Below are positions 47,401 through 55,643 of a stretch of DNA of 64,000 bases, in pieces. Within the stretch, counting starts at the first letter, position 1, and each line of letters opens with the position of its first letter. This stretch comes from Dethiobacter alkaliphilus (GTDB lineage Bacteria > Bacillota > Dethiobacteria > DTU022 > UBA8154), in contig JAENYV010000001.1 in the NCBI GenBank assembly GCA_016841605.1, positions 165,553 through 229,552 of the forward strand. Direction: 5' to 3'. Made by a program: the position numbers and the translations under genes. The notes under the pieces are model-generated. The model ran no database searches. It was not told the DNA's origin and saw only the letters and a program-made list of their open reading frames with translations.

Positions 47401-49567
47401 TTATATGAACGACACAAATTCCCTGCTGCTGATGCTGGGACAGCGCTCAGTCATCGAGCAAACCGGCCCCTTATTTGTTAAAAACGTCAATAGAATTGAG
47501 GTACTTACTACTACTCCCGGCAAATGGGATACTCCAAAGGTGACTCCGAGTGGTGGAGAGGTGCCTGTTGGAACCATGGTGGAGCTGCACAGCCTTTTTG
47601 ACGACATGGATAAGGTTCATTACACGATGGACGGCAGTACTCCAACCATAGAAAGTCCCATGTATAACTGGATTGCCAGCCGATGGTGGTCTTCACGGGG
47701 CGAAGAAAAAGTAGCCGAGATTAATCACCCGCTTGAGCTGACAAAAGATACGGTAATCAAAGCAATCACAATTGGTTCCGGTAAGATGAACAGTGATGTT
47801 GTCACCTTTTCCTACAAGGTCAGAACAAGTGCGGACAGCAAAATTACCTCCGGAGAAGGCGGTACAATCAGCCTTGGAGAAGAAGCCGTTCTTGAAATAC
47901 CGGGAGGAGCGCTGACCGGAAGCGGAGCGAGGGAAGTAAAAATAGAACGTGTGGAAACAACTCTCTCGGCCCCGAAGGGCTTCAAGCTACTGGGTAGTGT
48001 ATATGAGTTCAGCGTGGGAGGCAAAAACAGCTACAATTTTGCCAAGAAAGTAACCATTAAGCTCAGCTTTGATGCCGGGGCTGTAAATGCGGACGAGACA
48101 CCGGCCATCCACTATTATGACGAAGCTGCCGGCGAGTGGATAAACCTGGGCGGGGAAGTAAGCGGGAATATAATTACTGTGCAGGTGGATCACTTTACTA
48201 AGTTTGCTGTTATTGCAGCCCTTCCCAGTACTGTGACTGTCAAAGTTGAGCCCCGCGAAGGGGGTACAGTAAGCCTTGGAGAAGAAGCTGTTCTTGCAAT
48301 ACCGGGAGGAGCGCTGACCGGAAGCGGAGCGAGGGAAGTAAAAATAGAACGTGTGGAAACAACTCTCTCGGCCCCGAAGGGCTTCAAGCTACTGGGTAGT
48401 GTATATGAGTTCAGCGTGGGAGGCAAAAACAGCTACAATTTTGCCAAGAAAGTAACCATTAAGCTCAGCTTTGATGCCGGGGCTGTAAATGCGGACGAGA
48501 CACCGGCCATCCACTATTATGACGAAGCTGCCGGCGAGTGGATAAACCTGGGCGGGGAAGTAAGCGGGAATATAATTACTGTGCAGGTGGATCACTTTAC
48601 TAAGTTTGCTGTTATTGCGGCGCTTCCCAGTACTGTGACTGCCAAAGTTGAGCCCCGCGAAGGGGGCACAGTAAGCCTTGGAGAAGAAGCTGTTCTTGCA
48701 ATACCTGAAGGAGCGCTGACCGGAAGCGAAGCACTGGAGGTAAAAATAGAGCGGGTGGTTGTACCTCCTGCTCCACCAGCGGGCTTCAAGCTGCTGAGCG
48801 ATATGTTTGATTTCAGTGTGGACGGCAAGAAGTGGTATCGCTTTGCCGGGGAAGTTACCATCAAGCTCAGCTTCGCTCCTGAGGTAAGAAAAGCGGAAGA
48901 GATCCCGGTTATTTATTGCTACGACGAATTCTCGCGGCGTTGGATAAACCTGGGCGGGGAGATAAACGGGACCACTGTTACTGTACAGGTGGACCACTTC
49001 ACCAAATTTGCCGTAATGGCAGCAATGGAGCAGGGATTGGCAGATATCGCCGGGCACTGGGCGGAATACAGTATTAAAGAACTGCTTACCCTTGGGGCTA
49101 TTAGCGGTTATCCGGACGGCACCTTTAAGCCCGACAAGATAATAACCAGGGCTGAATTTACCACAGTGCTGGCGAAGTCCTTTCAGCTTGAAAACAGGGG
49201 CGAAAAGACCTTTATCGACACTGAGGCACACTGGGCCAAAAATTACATAGCTGCGGCAGTAGCGGAGGGTATTGTCAATGGCTATGACACCGCGACCTTC
49301 GGACCGGATAATCCGGTCACCCGCGAGCAGATGGCTGTGATGACCGTCAAGGCGGCCAAAGTATCTCCGGAAGCAGGAGAGCCCCTCTTTGACGACAGCG
49401 GCAGTATCTCCGCGTGGGCCGGGGAAGCCCTGGTCACAGCGATGGAGAACGGGCTCATAGAGGAATATGCCGATAACACCGTCCGGCCTCAGAACAGTGC
49501 CACCAGGGCCGAAGCTGTTACAGTTATTGTGAATGCGTTGCATAAGGCGGGAGAGAGGAAAATATAA
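44465..49567 (+). CDS. Large S-layer-homology (SLH) cell-surface protein with two divergent sulfite-oxidase-fold domains, two CHB_HEX_C domains, an Ig-like domain, 4x approximately 91-aa 'ADTSDN...ITFTDD' repeats, 3x 134-aa repeats and 3 C-terminal SLH domains
   Basis: 1700 aa with a Sec signal peptide. The SO-like domains lie at about 45110-45620 and 47030-47520 (YSCINTWPSKKWYVGKGVKL...LLLMLGQR...FVKYVNKIEV). The CHB_HEX_C-like domains are recognised by HYTTDGSTPTIESPMYNWIA. The SLH region is at about 49020-49560 (AGHWAEYSIKELLTLGAISGYPDGTFKPD). Confidence 0.85.
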   Translation: MLITNKNWWYRLLPSILIVLLLPCFFGLPVPAAVHSEGGIVTITEPTGNIKNTVSKETASGPGGSAGNNVTFKDQVPVFLNMNNPDGVTGKEVYAGHTLSGTDGATPADTDSRGFIVVMDEAGIPAPALTADTSDNLLGKSIDITFTDNASWRAAISGVLVDGVALQSGKYTVSAGKISISGSVFQESKEYAIVVAANGYTDASVSQIIGTLIITGDGVTDPQIFTQPQLEAMQPQLEEMEPQHVVYSCINTWPSKKWYVGKGVKLEDLLTQAGLKETAEQIKFSSVDGYYMTLTVKELLTDKRYCFPNFKTGGDGDGHIPGDPSGAFEVETILGLVSAEGTDESSSMNDTNALLLMLGQRSVTEQTGPIFVKYVNKIEVLTAAPAKWDNPTASPDSGIVSAGTMVELHSKYNDLDKVHYTTDGSTPTIESPMYNWIASRWWSSRQDVKDEINHPIEITKNTAIKAIVIGPGKEDSDIVTFEYQVPVIMNTDNLADATENEAYAGHTFTATGGAEPYSFAVTAGTLPAGMVLNGAVLEGTPTESGTFLFTVTLTDSADPADADSHEFTLAVDEAEVVTPVLNADTTDNKVGQPIELTFTDDGLWRSAISGVFVDEVVLQPEEYTVSAGKINIAAGVFTSAKDYSIVVEAEGYEDAAVTQIITTSSTPETKEPPVLTADSSDNLKGRPIELTFTDDGLWRSAISGVLVDEVVLQPEEYTVSAGKINIAAGVFTSAKDYSIVVEAEGYEDAAVTQIITTSSAPETKEPPVLTADNSDNLLGQGIDITFTDDGSWRSAIQEVSVDGAVLQPEKYTVSAGKIAIVSGVFKESKEYAIVVKAGGYPDASVSQTINRLVITGAGVTESKMFTQSQLEAMSQRQYVYSCINTWPSKKWYVGKGVKLSDLLTQAGMKGNAKLIKFSAGDGYAMTLTVQEILTDKRYRFPNFKTGGDGDGHIPGDPSGKVEVETILGLVSAEGTDDPSYMNDTNSLLLMLGQRSVIEQTGPLFVKNVNRIEVLTTTPGKWDTPKVTPSGGEVPVGTMVELHSLFDDMDKVHYTMDGSTPTIESPMYNWIASRWWSSRGEEKVAEINHPLELTKDTVIKAITIGSGKMNSDVVTFSYKVRTSADSKITSGEGGTISLGEEAVLEIPGGALTGSGAREVKIERVETTLSAPKGFKLLGSVYEFSVGGKNSYNFAKKVTIKLSFDAGAVNADETPAIHYYDEAAGEWINLGGEVSGNIITVQVDHFTKFAVIAALPSTVTVKVEPREGGTVSLGEEAVLAIPGGALTGSGAREVKIERVETTLSAPKGFKLLGSVYEFSVGGKNSYNFAKKVTIKLSFDAGAVNADETPAIHYYDEAAGEWINLGGEVSGNIITVQVDHFTKFAVIAALPSTVTAKVEPREGGTVSLGEEAVLAIPEGALTGSEALEVKIERVVVPPAPPAGFKLLSDMFDFSVDGKKWYRFAGEVTIKLSFAPEVRKAEEIPVIYCYDEFSRRWINLGGEINGTTVTVQVDHFTKFAVMAAMEQGLADIAGHWAEYSIKELLTLGAISGYPDGTFKPDKIITRAEFTTVLAKSFQLENRGEKTFIDTEAHWAKNYIAAAVAEGIVNGYDTATFGPDNPVTREQMAVMTVKAAKVSPEAGEPLFDDSGSISAWAGEALVTAMENGLIEEYADNTVRPQNSATRAEAVTVIVNALHKAGERKI
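46241..46786 (+). repeat. Two near-identical tandem copies of a roughly 273-bp coding repeat
   Basis: 46241-46513 and 46514-46786 are nearly identical at the nucleotide level (ccgatcgagctgac...gaaccaccggtt). They encode the ADTSDN/ITFTDD-type domain. Confidence 0.85.
47850..49015 (+). repeat. Three tandem copies of a roughly 400-bp coding repeat (copies 1 and 2 identical over more than 330 bp; copy 3 diverged)
   Basis: ccgggaggagcgctgaccggaagcggagcgagggaagtaaaaatagaacgtgtggaaac recurs at 47900 and 48302. The units encode the approximately 134-aa VKIERVETTLSAPKGFKLLGSVYEFSVGG...VDHFTKFAV domain. Confidence 0.85.
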
Positions 49568-49620
49568 CGGCACAACCTGTTGAGAAACCAAGATTTTCCG
49601 AAACGGAGTGAAAGTGAAAA

Positions 49621-50205
49621 TTGAGTAAAATGTACCGGAAAAGAATTTCCTTTATAACAACTATAACAACGCTATCGTTATTGTTTTTTCTTCTAATGCT
49701 TTACCTTACGTTTTTGGCCGGATGTCAGGGTGGTCAGCCGACTTCAGCCGGAGAAGGTATTCTAGTAATACGGGGGGATGCTGTGGAAGGTGAAGTTTGC
49801 CTTACCCTGGATGAATTAAAGTCCATGGAGGACGGCCTGATTGAAGACGATTATTTTTCCGTTAATTCATACGGGACAAAGGAGTATTTTCATTTCAAGG
49901 GCATCTGGATCTGGCATGTTTTACAAGAAAAAACGGACTTAAAGGATAATGCCTCCAAGGTGACTTTCATTGCAGAGGACGGTTACACAGTGGAATACAC
50001 GCTGGAAGAGGTCAAGAGGGAAGATTATATTGACGAGCAAAATCCTGCGACAAAGTACAAGATGATCCTGGCCTGGGAAGAAAATGGAAAAGAGTATGAT
50101 CCGGATGAAGGCAATCCCTTTCAACTGGTCGTCGGTCAAAAGGAGCCGGGTGATGAAAACAAACCATACTGGGTGCGCAATGTAAAGACCATCCGCATTG
50201 ATTGA
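49621..50205 (+). CDS. Lipoprotein consisting of a single divergent sulfite-oxidase/YedY-fold (Oxidored_molyb-like) domain lacking the Mo-ligand Cys
   Basis: Lipobox LAGC. ILAWEENGKEYDPDEGNPFQLVVGQKEPGDENKPYWVRNVKTIRI aligns to the SO-family hallmark LLAYEMNGEPL..GFPLRLVVPG..G..VKWL..IEV. Confidence 0.6.
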   Translation: MSKMYRKRISFITTITTLSLLFFLLMLYLTFLAGCQGGQPTSAGEGILVIRGDAVEGEVCLTLDELKSMEDGLIEDDYFSVNSYGTKEYFHFKGIWIWHVLQEKTDLKDNASKVTFIAEDGYTVEYTLEEVKREDYIDEQNPATKYKMILAWEENGKEYDPDEGNPFQLVVGQKEPGDENKPYWVRNVKTIRID

Positions 50206-50261
50206 AGAAAGCAGGCCGACAACCGGTGAGTGAGAATGGTTCCTAAACTGGAGGTTATAGC

Positions 50262-51344
50262 GTGGAAGAAAAAATGAAAAAACATAAGAACTATTACCTG
50301 AGCAATCGGGATCTGCTTATTGTTGCTGTTTTGAGCGGTATCGGAGGAGTGATGAGTACCTATATCGGCTATCTGGGCAATCTCCTGAACCGTATTTGCG
50401 GTGTTCCTTTCGGTGCGGGACAGTTCGTCTCCGGTTTGCATATTTTCTGGTTTATCCTGGTGGCGGGGCTGATCAGGCGACCGGGAGCTGTTACCGTCGC
50501 GGGTCTGCTCAAAGGAGTAATTGAATTGCTCACCGGCAGTACCCACGGGGTTGTCATTGTCTTGATTTCTCTGATACAGGGTCTTATCGTCGATGTTGTC
50601 CTTCTGATTGCCAGGCGCCGGAATTTGGGAAGCTATATGCTGGCCGGCGGGCTTTCCGCCGCCTCAAATGTTTTTGTCTTTCAGCTCCTCTACTTTTCCG
50701 GTGTCCCTTTCACCTATCTTCTCTTTATAGGACTTTTAGCCTTTGTTTCCGGAGTTCTTCTGGCAGGCAGCTTTGGTCACAGTGTGCTGGATATTGTGTT
50801 GCAGGCCAGGCCTTTTCGTTTGGCCGATGCTTCAAGGGAAGAGACAGCCGCAACAGCCGCGACCCCCGGGAGCAAAAAAAGAGTCCTCCCCCGTTTAAGG
50901 ATTGCTGCAACGGTTCTACTGGTTGTGCTGTTTTTTATTGGTGCGGTTTATTACTTTACCGCTGTCTTTGAACCTCCCTGGGTAGGCCCCAGCTGCCGGG
51001 TAGAAGGAGCGGTAGAAAACCCCCTCTCTTTCCAGCTTTCCCGTTTCGACCGGTATGAAACAACCATAACCGCCGAATTAAAGGGGCAGGTTAGCTACAT
51101 CCCTCCGCAGGAGTATACAGGCATCCCCTTAAGTATAATTCTCCAGGAGGCCTCTCCCCTGGATGAGGCTAAAAAGCTTAAAGTTATGGCAACGGATGGT
51201 TATATGGTGGAATTTGAACTGCAAGAAGTGTTAAATGACGACCTGATGGTACTGATCCGGGAAGAAGATATGCTTCGCCTTATAGCCGGAAATTACGAAG
51301 GAGGATACTGGGTGAAACTGGTAAACAGAATGATAGTGGAATAA
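50262..51344 (+). CDS. Fusion protein: N-terminal polytopic membrane domain (5-6 TM, ECF-transporter S-component-like) + C-terminal sulfite-oxidase-fold domain
   Basis: GTG start. TM region 1-190. The C-terminus (ATDGYMVEFELQEV...LIAGNYEGGYWVKLVNRMIVE) is SO-like. It ends at an in-frame TAA, after which the same frame encodes a CHB_HEX_C domain. Confidence 0.55.
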   Translation: MEEKMKKHKNYYLSNRDLLIVAVLSGIGGVMSTYIGYLGNLLNRICGVPFGAGQFVSGLHIFWFILVAGLIRRPGAVTVAGLLKGVIELLTGSTHGVVIVLISLIQGLIVDVVLLIARRRNLGSYMLAGGLSAASNVFVFQLLYFSGVPFTYLLFIGLLAFVSGVLLAGSFGHSVLDIVLQARPFRLADASREETAATAATPGSKKRVLPRLRIAATVLLVVLFFIGAVYYFTAVFEPPWVGPSCRVEGAVENPLSFQLSRFDRYETTITAELKGQVSYIPPQEYTGIPLSIILQEASPLDEAKKLKVMATDGYMVEFELQEVLNDDLMVLIREEDMLRLIAGNYEGGYWVKLVNRMIVE

Positions 51345-51656
51345 ATAAATCTTATTACTGAGGAAGAGCCGGACCAATGGGATGAGCCGACCTCATCGCA
51401 TGTATCGGGGACGGTAACGGCCGGGACACAGGTAACGCTCAATCATACCGGTATCAACGAGGTGAGAATTTATTATACAACTGACAGCAGCACCCCGGAT
51501 GTGAACAGTACCATGTACAATGTAAGCGCTACCTACTACCAGCCGCAGTTGAACGTACCTATTACGATCAACCAAACTGCTACAATTAAGGCTATCGCCA
51601 TCGGACCGGGTAAAACCGATAGCGATGTAGCTGTTTGGACCTATATGTTGGAATAA
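51345..51656 (+). pseudogene. Orphan CHB_HEX_C domain in frame with, and immediately downstream of, the stop codon of the 50262 gene
   Basis: Translation ...EEEPDQWDEPTSSHVSGTVTAGTQVTLNHTGINEVRIYYTTDSSTPDVNSTMYNV...IKAIAIGPGKTDSDVAVWTYMLE is colinear with the domain that follows the SO-like domain in every paralog. There is no start codon except an internal GTG at 51462. Confidence 0.6.
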
Positions 51657-51697
51657 CTGTTTTGGCTAAAGACAGCTAATGTTGTTGTCTAAAACGG

Positions 51698-52543
51698 TTA
51701 AACGGCTATCATGGTTACACCGATATTTACAGGCCGGCCAAAATACATGGAAGTGGTAACGATGGCATCCACTCCTGTTGCCGCATATTTTTCAACATTA
51801 GTTTCGTTTATTCCCCCGGCGGCAATGGTCAGAATGTGCGGGAAATCTTTTTTTATCTCCCGGACCAGGTCGGCTATTTTTTCGGGAGACAATTTATCAA
51901 ACTGTAACCCGTCAATACCCGCGTTGCATAAATAATCTGCTTCTTCCGGTTGTTCAATTTCTACGATTATCTTTTTTTCACAGGTTTTTGTTTTTAATTC
52001 CTGTATTTTTGCAGCCAGTTTGTCCTCCGATTCCAGGAAAACCCGGTGATGCTTAAAAATAAGTATTGTTTCCGATAAGCCGAGCCGGTGAGGAAAACCT
52101 CCGCCGCTCAAAACAGCCTTAATGGATAATTCTTTTGTTCCCGGGAATACCTTTCTTGTTGATAGTATAGAGACGTTCCGGTTTACTTTCTTCGCTTTTT
52201 CTACCAGCTTGTTGGTGCGAGAAGCCACTGCACTGGCATACTCCAGGATATTCTGGGAAGGTTTCCAGAGCAGGTGCAAAACATCTGCTTTACCGCTAAT
52301 TTTCATAAAGATCTGTCCGGGAAGGACTTTCGAACCTGAAGGGGTATATTCGAGCACCCGGCCTCCCTTTAGCTCACACAAACGTGCAATTTCCTCCGTG
52401 CCGCAAAGAACGGCTTCATCCCTGCTGAGGAAGTGCATTTCTCCGTCCCGGCTACCGATATTCAACATAAAGGTAGTGAGATCCATGTAAGGAGTATCTT
52501 CTTTAAGCCATTTTTCTAAAGTATCATTGGTGATATTAACCAT
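51698..52543 (-). CDS. modD: ModD/NadC-family quinolinate-phosphoribosyltransferase-like protein (probable molybdenum utilisation protein ModD)
   Basis: 281-aa type II PRTase fold (NadC-like). Assigned to ModD rather than NadC because of the Mo/W transporter context and because no nadA/nadB are nearby. Confidence 0.65.
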   Translation of the reverse strand: MVNITNDTLEKWLKEDTPYMDLTTFMLNIGSRDGEMHFLSRDEAVLCGTEEIARLCELKGGRVLEYTPSGSKVLPGQIFMKISGKADVLHLLWKPSQNILEYASAVASRTNKLVEKAKKVNRNVSILSTRKVFPGTKELSIKAVLSGGGFPHRLGLSETILIFKHHRVFLESEDKLAAKIQELKTKTCEKKIIVEIEQPEEADYLCNAGIDGLQFDKLSPEKIADLVREIKKDFPHILTIAAGGINETNVEKYAATGVDAIVTTSMYFGRPVNIGVTMIAV

Positions 52544-52731
52544 GTTAAATCCTCCTGTATAGAATTAAGAGACCATCAAGCATTTAACAGACCGGACATT
52601 ACACGAAAGGACTGTTGATTTAGGGGAAGTATACCAAATTTCCTCCTTTATGTAAAGATATGCATATCCATGTGTCTCAATATGATTATATTAAGGGGCA
52701 AAATAAGCTGCAAATCAAAGTAGTTTTTCTG

Positions 52732-52781
52732 TTGACCCTCTTATTTTTATCATATATAATTTTCATGTATTGGTAAAAAAG
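52732..52781 (+). promoter_or_regulatory. Promoter/leader module copy B (TTGACC-N17-TATAAT + TGGTAAAAAAG box)
   Basis: Hexamers at 52732-52737 and 52755-52760. Box at 52771-52781. Confidence 0.7.
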
Positions 52782-52906
52782 ACTAACTTTTGTGGTTACC
52801 AGCAATATGCATGCCGAAACATATCGCGCCTCAAGAGAGCGCTACCAGGTCCGGGACTGTTAATTATTTTTAATATACTGAATAAGACGGGAGAGAGGAG
52901 AGTATA

Positions 52907-54655
52907 ATGGCGCAGGGAAATAATCTTCAATTAAAAAAATGGTTGTATAAGCAATTAATAACCATTCCAGCTCTGTTATTACTTACTGCTTCGTTTTATC
53001 TGACGGCGCCTGCGGTTGCTTTGGCCATACAGTCGGACTCGCTGGAAATTATCGGGGACGGGGTGACGACTCCTGTGACGTTCACCTTGGCCGAGCTTGA
53101 GGCGATGAAGCAATACGAGCAAGTCTACAGTACGATCAACACTTATCCGACCAAGAGATGGTACACGGCAAGAGGGGTTAAATTGAGGAACCTGCTTGCT
53201 TTGGCAGGAATGACAGAAGAAGCCGAAATGATTAAGTTTATATCCAATGATGGCTACGATGTGACCCTTACGGTTAAAGAACTGCTGGAAGACAAACGGT
53301 ATTATTTTCCGGGTTTAAAGGAGAATCATCCCAGTGATGGAAGCATTCCAGGTTCTCCGGAGGGGGCGCAGGAGGTTGAGCCTATCCTTGCCCTTATCAG
53401 TGCCGAGGGCAGTGACAATCCGGCTAATATGAACGACAGGGATTTCTTGCTGCTGATGCTGGGGCAGCGGGCCGTAACCGAGCAGACGAATAATTTGTTT
53501 TTAAAATATACAAGTAGAATCGAGGTGCTTACCACTGCTCCGGAAAAATGGGATAGTCCGAAGACGAGTATTCCGGACGGCACCGTGCTGCCTCCGGGGA
53601 TCATGCTGGAATTGAGCAATAAGGGCAATGACGATGATAAAATTTATTATACCCTGGACGGCAGCACTCCCACGGTGAACAGCCCTATGTTTAACTGGAG
53701 CGCCAGTCGCTGGTGGCCTTTACGAGCGAATGACCTGGAGAGTGTCAACAGGCCGATCGAGCTTACGGAGGACACCGTCCTCAAGGCCATCACCATCGGT
53801 CCCGGCAGGGAGGATAGCGATGTGGTCACGTTTACCTTCACTACTGATCCCACGGCTGTGGACCCGACGAAGATCCCCGGCGGACCGCCGACCGGCGTGA
53901 CCCTCGACCGCAATGCAATTGACCTCAAAGTCGGCGCCACTTTTCAGCTGCAGGCGACGATAGCTCCGTACAATGCCACGGACCGGAGCGTAACCTGGAG
54001 TTCCAGTGATACCAGGACGGCCACGGTGGATAACAATGGCCTGGTAACCGTTGTCGGCCCGGGCTCGGCTACCATCACCGTAAAAACTTTAGTCGGCAAA
54101 TATATATCCTCCTGCATCGTGAACGGTCCTGAACAGGATGATGATGAAGGGGGCGCTATAATTGCCGGTCCCGTTTCTCCGGAAAATGAAGCCCAGGAGG
54201 ATCCTTTGGAGCCGTCGGCGGAAGAACCATTGGTGGAAGAGATTCAAGAAGAGGAGCTTTCAGTAGAGGAGCCGCCGCCATTACCGGAAGATGATCAGCA
54301 GTTCGTGGAAGATAAGGTTACGGCTGATCCCGCGACAGCACCTTCAAAAACCCCTGATAAAGCACCGGACTCTTCCGATGAACCACCAGTGGATGAGTTG
54401 CCTGTACCGGATGTCAAAGGGCAGTATTTGGCGGAAAAGGATGCAGTAGCACTCGCTTCACCCGCTGGCGATGTTTCCTCAGAACAGCCGGGTAGCCTTA
54501 CCCGGCAGATATTCGAAATGTCGCTTGATGTTACTGTACCATTGCCATTACAGGAGGTGCAAAACGAACTGAATATTTATACTGCTGCTATTTTCCTGTT
54601 TCTTTTTCTTTCCGGTATAAGCAAAAAAATCGTAGAATATGCAAAGGAGCTTTGA
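52907..54655 (+). CDS. Secreted/membrane-anchored protein: sulfite-oxidase-fold domain + CHB_HEX_C + Big_2 Ig-like domain + acidic Pro/Glu-rich linker + C-terminal hydrophobic anchor
   Basis: Signal peptide, and YSTINTYPTKRWYTARGVKL (the Cys position is Thr here). The Big_2 motif is VTLDRNAIDLKVGATFQLQATIAPYNATDRSVTWSSSD. C-terminal TM segment is IYTAAIFLFLFLSGI. Confidence 0.75.
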   Translation: MAQGNNLQLKKWLYKQLITIPALLLLTASFYLTAPAVALAIQSDSLEIIGDGVTTPVTFTLAELEAMKQYEQVYSTINTYPTKRWYTARGVKLRNLLALAGMTEEAEMIKFISNDGYDVTLTVKELLEDKRYYFPGLKENHPSDGSIPGSPEGAQEVEPILALISAEGSDNPANMNDRDFLLLMLGQRAVTEQTNNLFLKYTSRIEVLTTAPEKWDSPKTSIPDGTVLPPGIMLELSNKGNDDDKIYYTLDGSTPTVNSPMFNWSASRWWPLRANDLESVNRPIELTEDTVLKAITIGPGREDSDVVTFTFTTDPTAVDPTKIPGGPPTGVTLDRNAIDLKVGATFQLQATIAPYNATDRSVTWSSSDTRTATVDNNGLVTVVGPGSATITVKTLVGKYISSCIVNGPEQDDDEGGAIIAGPVSPENEAQEDPLEPSAEEPLVEEIQEEELSVEEPPPLPEDDQQFVEDKVTADPATAPSKTPDKAPDSSDEPPVDELPVPDVKGQYLAEKDAVALASPAGDVSSEQPGSLTRQIFEMSLDVTVPLPLQEVQNELNIYTAAIFLFLFLSGISKKIVEYAKEL

Positions 54656-54661
54656 AGCAAG

Positions 54662-55333
54662 GTGACGGAATCTATTTTATTATCCTTAAAAGATACCATG
54701 CATGTCATCTCGTCAAATTTATTGATACCTACTATTATTATCCTGCTCCTACTTTTGGCTTTGACCGTAGTCGAACTCGGCGGTATTCTGGCGGAAACCC
54801 TGACGGAAAGACGCAGGATGAAAGTCGACGTGTCGGAGTTGGTTGACGCTTTTCAAGGGAAGGATGCCGGCAAGATTATGGACAAGATCGAGCATAGCCT
54901 TTTGTTACGGCGTCAGAAGAAGGTTCTCGGCAAGCTAATCAGGCACAGCAATTTGCCGTCTGCCTCGTTGCAGGCACTGGCGCGCCGCTTGCTTGCCGGT
55001 GAGGAACTGCATTATACCAAGATAACAAACAGGACCGATCTGGTGGTGCGTTTGGGTCCCATGTTCGGATTGATGGGCACTCTCATTCCACTAGGGCCGG
55101 GTATGATCGCCCTCGGCCAGGGGGATACCAAGACACTGGCAGATTCTCTGCTCATCGCCTTTGACACAACAATAACCGGCCTGGCAGCCGCGGGTATTGC
55201 TTTTGCCATTTCCCGGTTACGGAAACGGTGGTATGATGATTACTTGAGTAATCTGGAGGCCTTAATGGAGAGCCTATTGGAGGTGTTTGCTCATGAACGG
55301 GGGATTGAGAAGCAGGAGGTACAGGACGCATAG
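54662..55333 (+). CDS. exbB: MotA/TolQ/ExbB-family proton channel protein
   Basis: LGPMFGLMGTLIPLG...LADSLLIAFDTTITGLAAAGIAFAI is the ExbB/TolQ signature. Confidence 0.8.
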   Translation: MTESILLSLKDTMHVISSNLLIPTIIILLLLLALTVVELGGILAETLTERRRMKVDVSELVDAFQGKDAGKIMDKIEHSLLLRRQKKVLGKLIRHSNLPSASLQALARRLLAGEELHYTKITNRTDLVVRLGPMFGLMGTLIPLGPGMIALGQGDTKTLADSLLIAFDTTITGLAAAGIAFAISRLRKRWYDDYLSNLEALMESLLEVFAHERGIEKQEVQDA

Positions 55334-55619
55334 GGAATCAGAAGATATCAATCCTCTGGAGGGCGTTATCAACATTGTAGATGCCATGCTGGTATTTGCC
55401 TGCGGACTTATGCTTGCTTTGGCTGTTTACTGGAACATCGACCTGGGCCCCATAGGAGAACGAATCAATATAAACCGTGGACGGGAGGTGACGGAAGTCC
55501 CGGAGTTACGTGACGACCTGATTGAAACCCAAGACCAGGGAAAGCTTTACGAAAGAATGGGCACCGTCTATAAAGACCCCGCAACCGGGCAGCTTTTTAT
55601 GCTGACCGACGAGGAATAA
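55287..55619 (+). CDS. exbD: ExbD/TolR-family protein
   Basis: INPLEGVINIVDAMLVFACGLM matches the ExbD pattern of a single TM plus a periplasmic domain. It overlaps the exbB 3' end. The exact start is uncertain. Confidence 0.6.
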   Translation: MLMNGGLRSRRYRTHRESEDINPLEGVINIVDAMLVFACGLMLALAVYWNIDLGPIGERININRGREVTEVPELRDDLIETQDQGKLYERMGTVYKDPATGQLFMLTDEE

Positions 55620-55643
55620 TAAAGATAAGGGGGGACTAGATCA

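Noticed and set aside
44465-49567. Assigning a specific Pfam name (DUF1533-like) to the ADTSDN...ITFTDD...W..A(I/V) repeat domain
   Set aside because: The family name was recalled only vaguely and cannot be verified without an HMM search. It is described by motif instead.
44566-49591. Long minus-strand ORFs (e.g. 48389-49591, 400 aa) opposite the SLH protein gene
   Set aside because: They are antisense to a strongly supported 1700-aa ORF with recognisable domains. Their composition is repeat-driven. They are artefacts.
51698-52543. Calling this gene nadC (NAD biosynthesis)
   Set aside because: It could be either. It is annotated as ModD/NadC family with a preference for ModD, because of the Mo/W transporter context and the absence of nadA/nadB nearby. 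A ModD-specific HMM (TIGR01334) versus a NadC HMM (TIGR00078) would decide.
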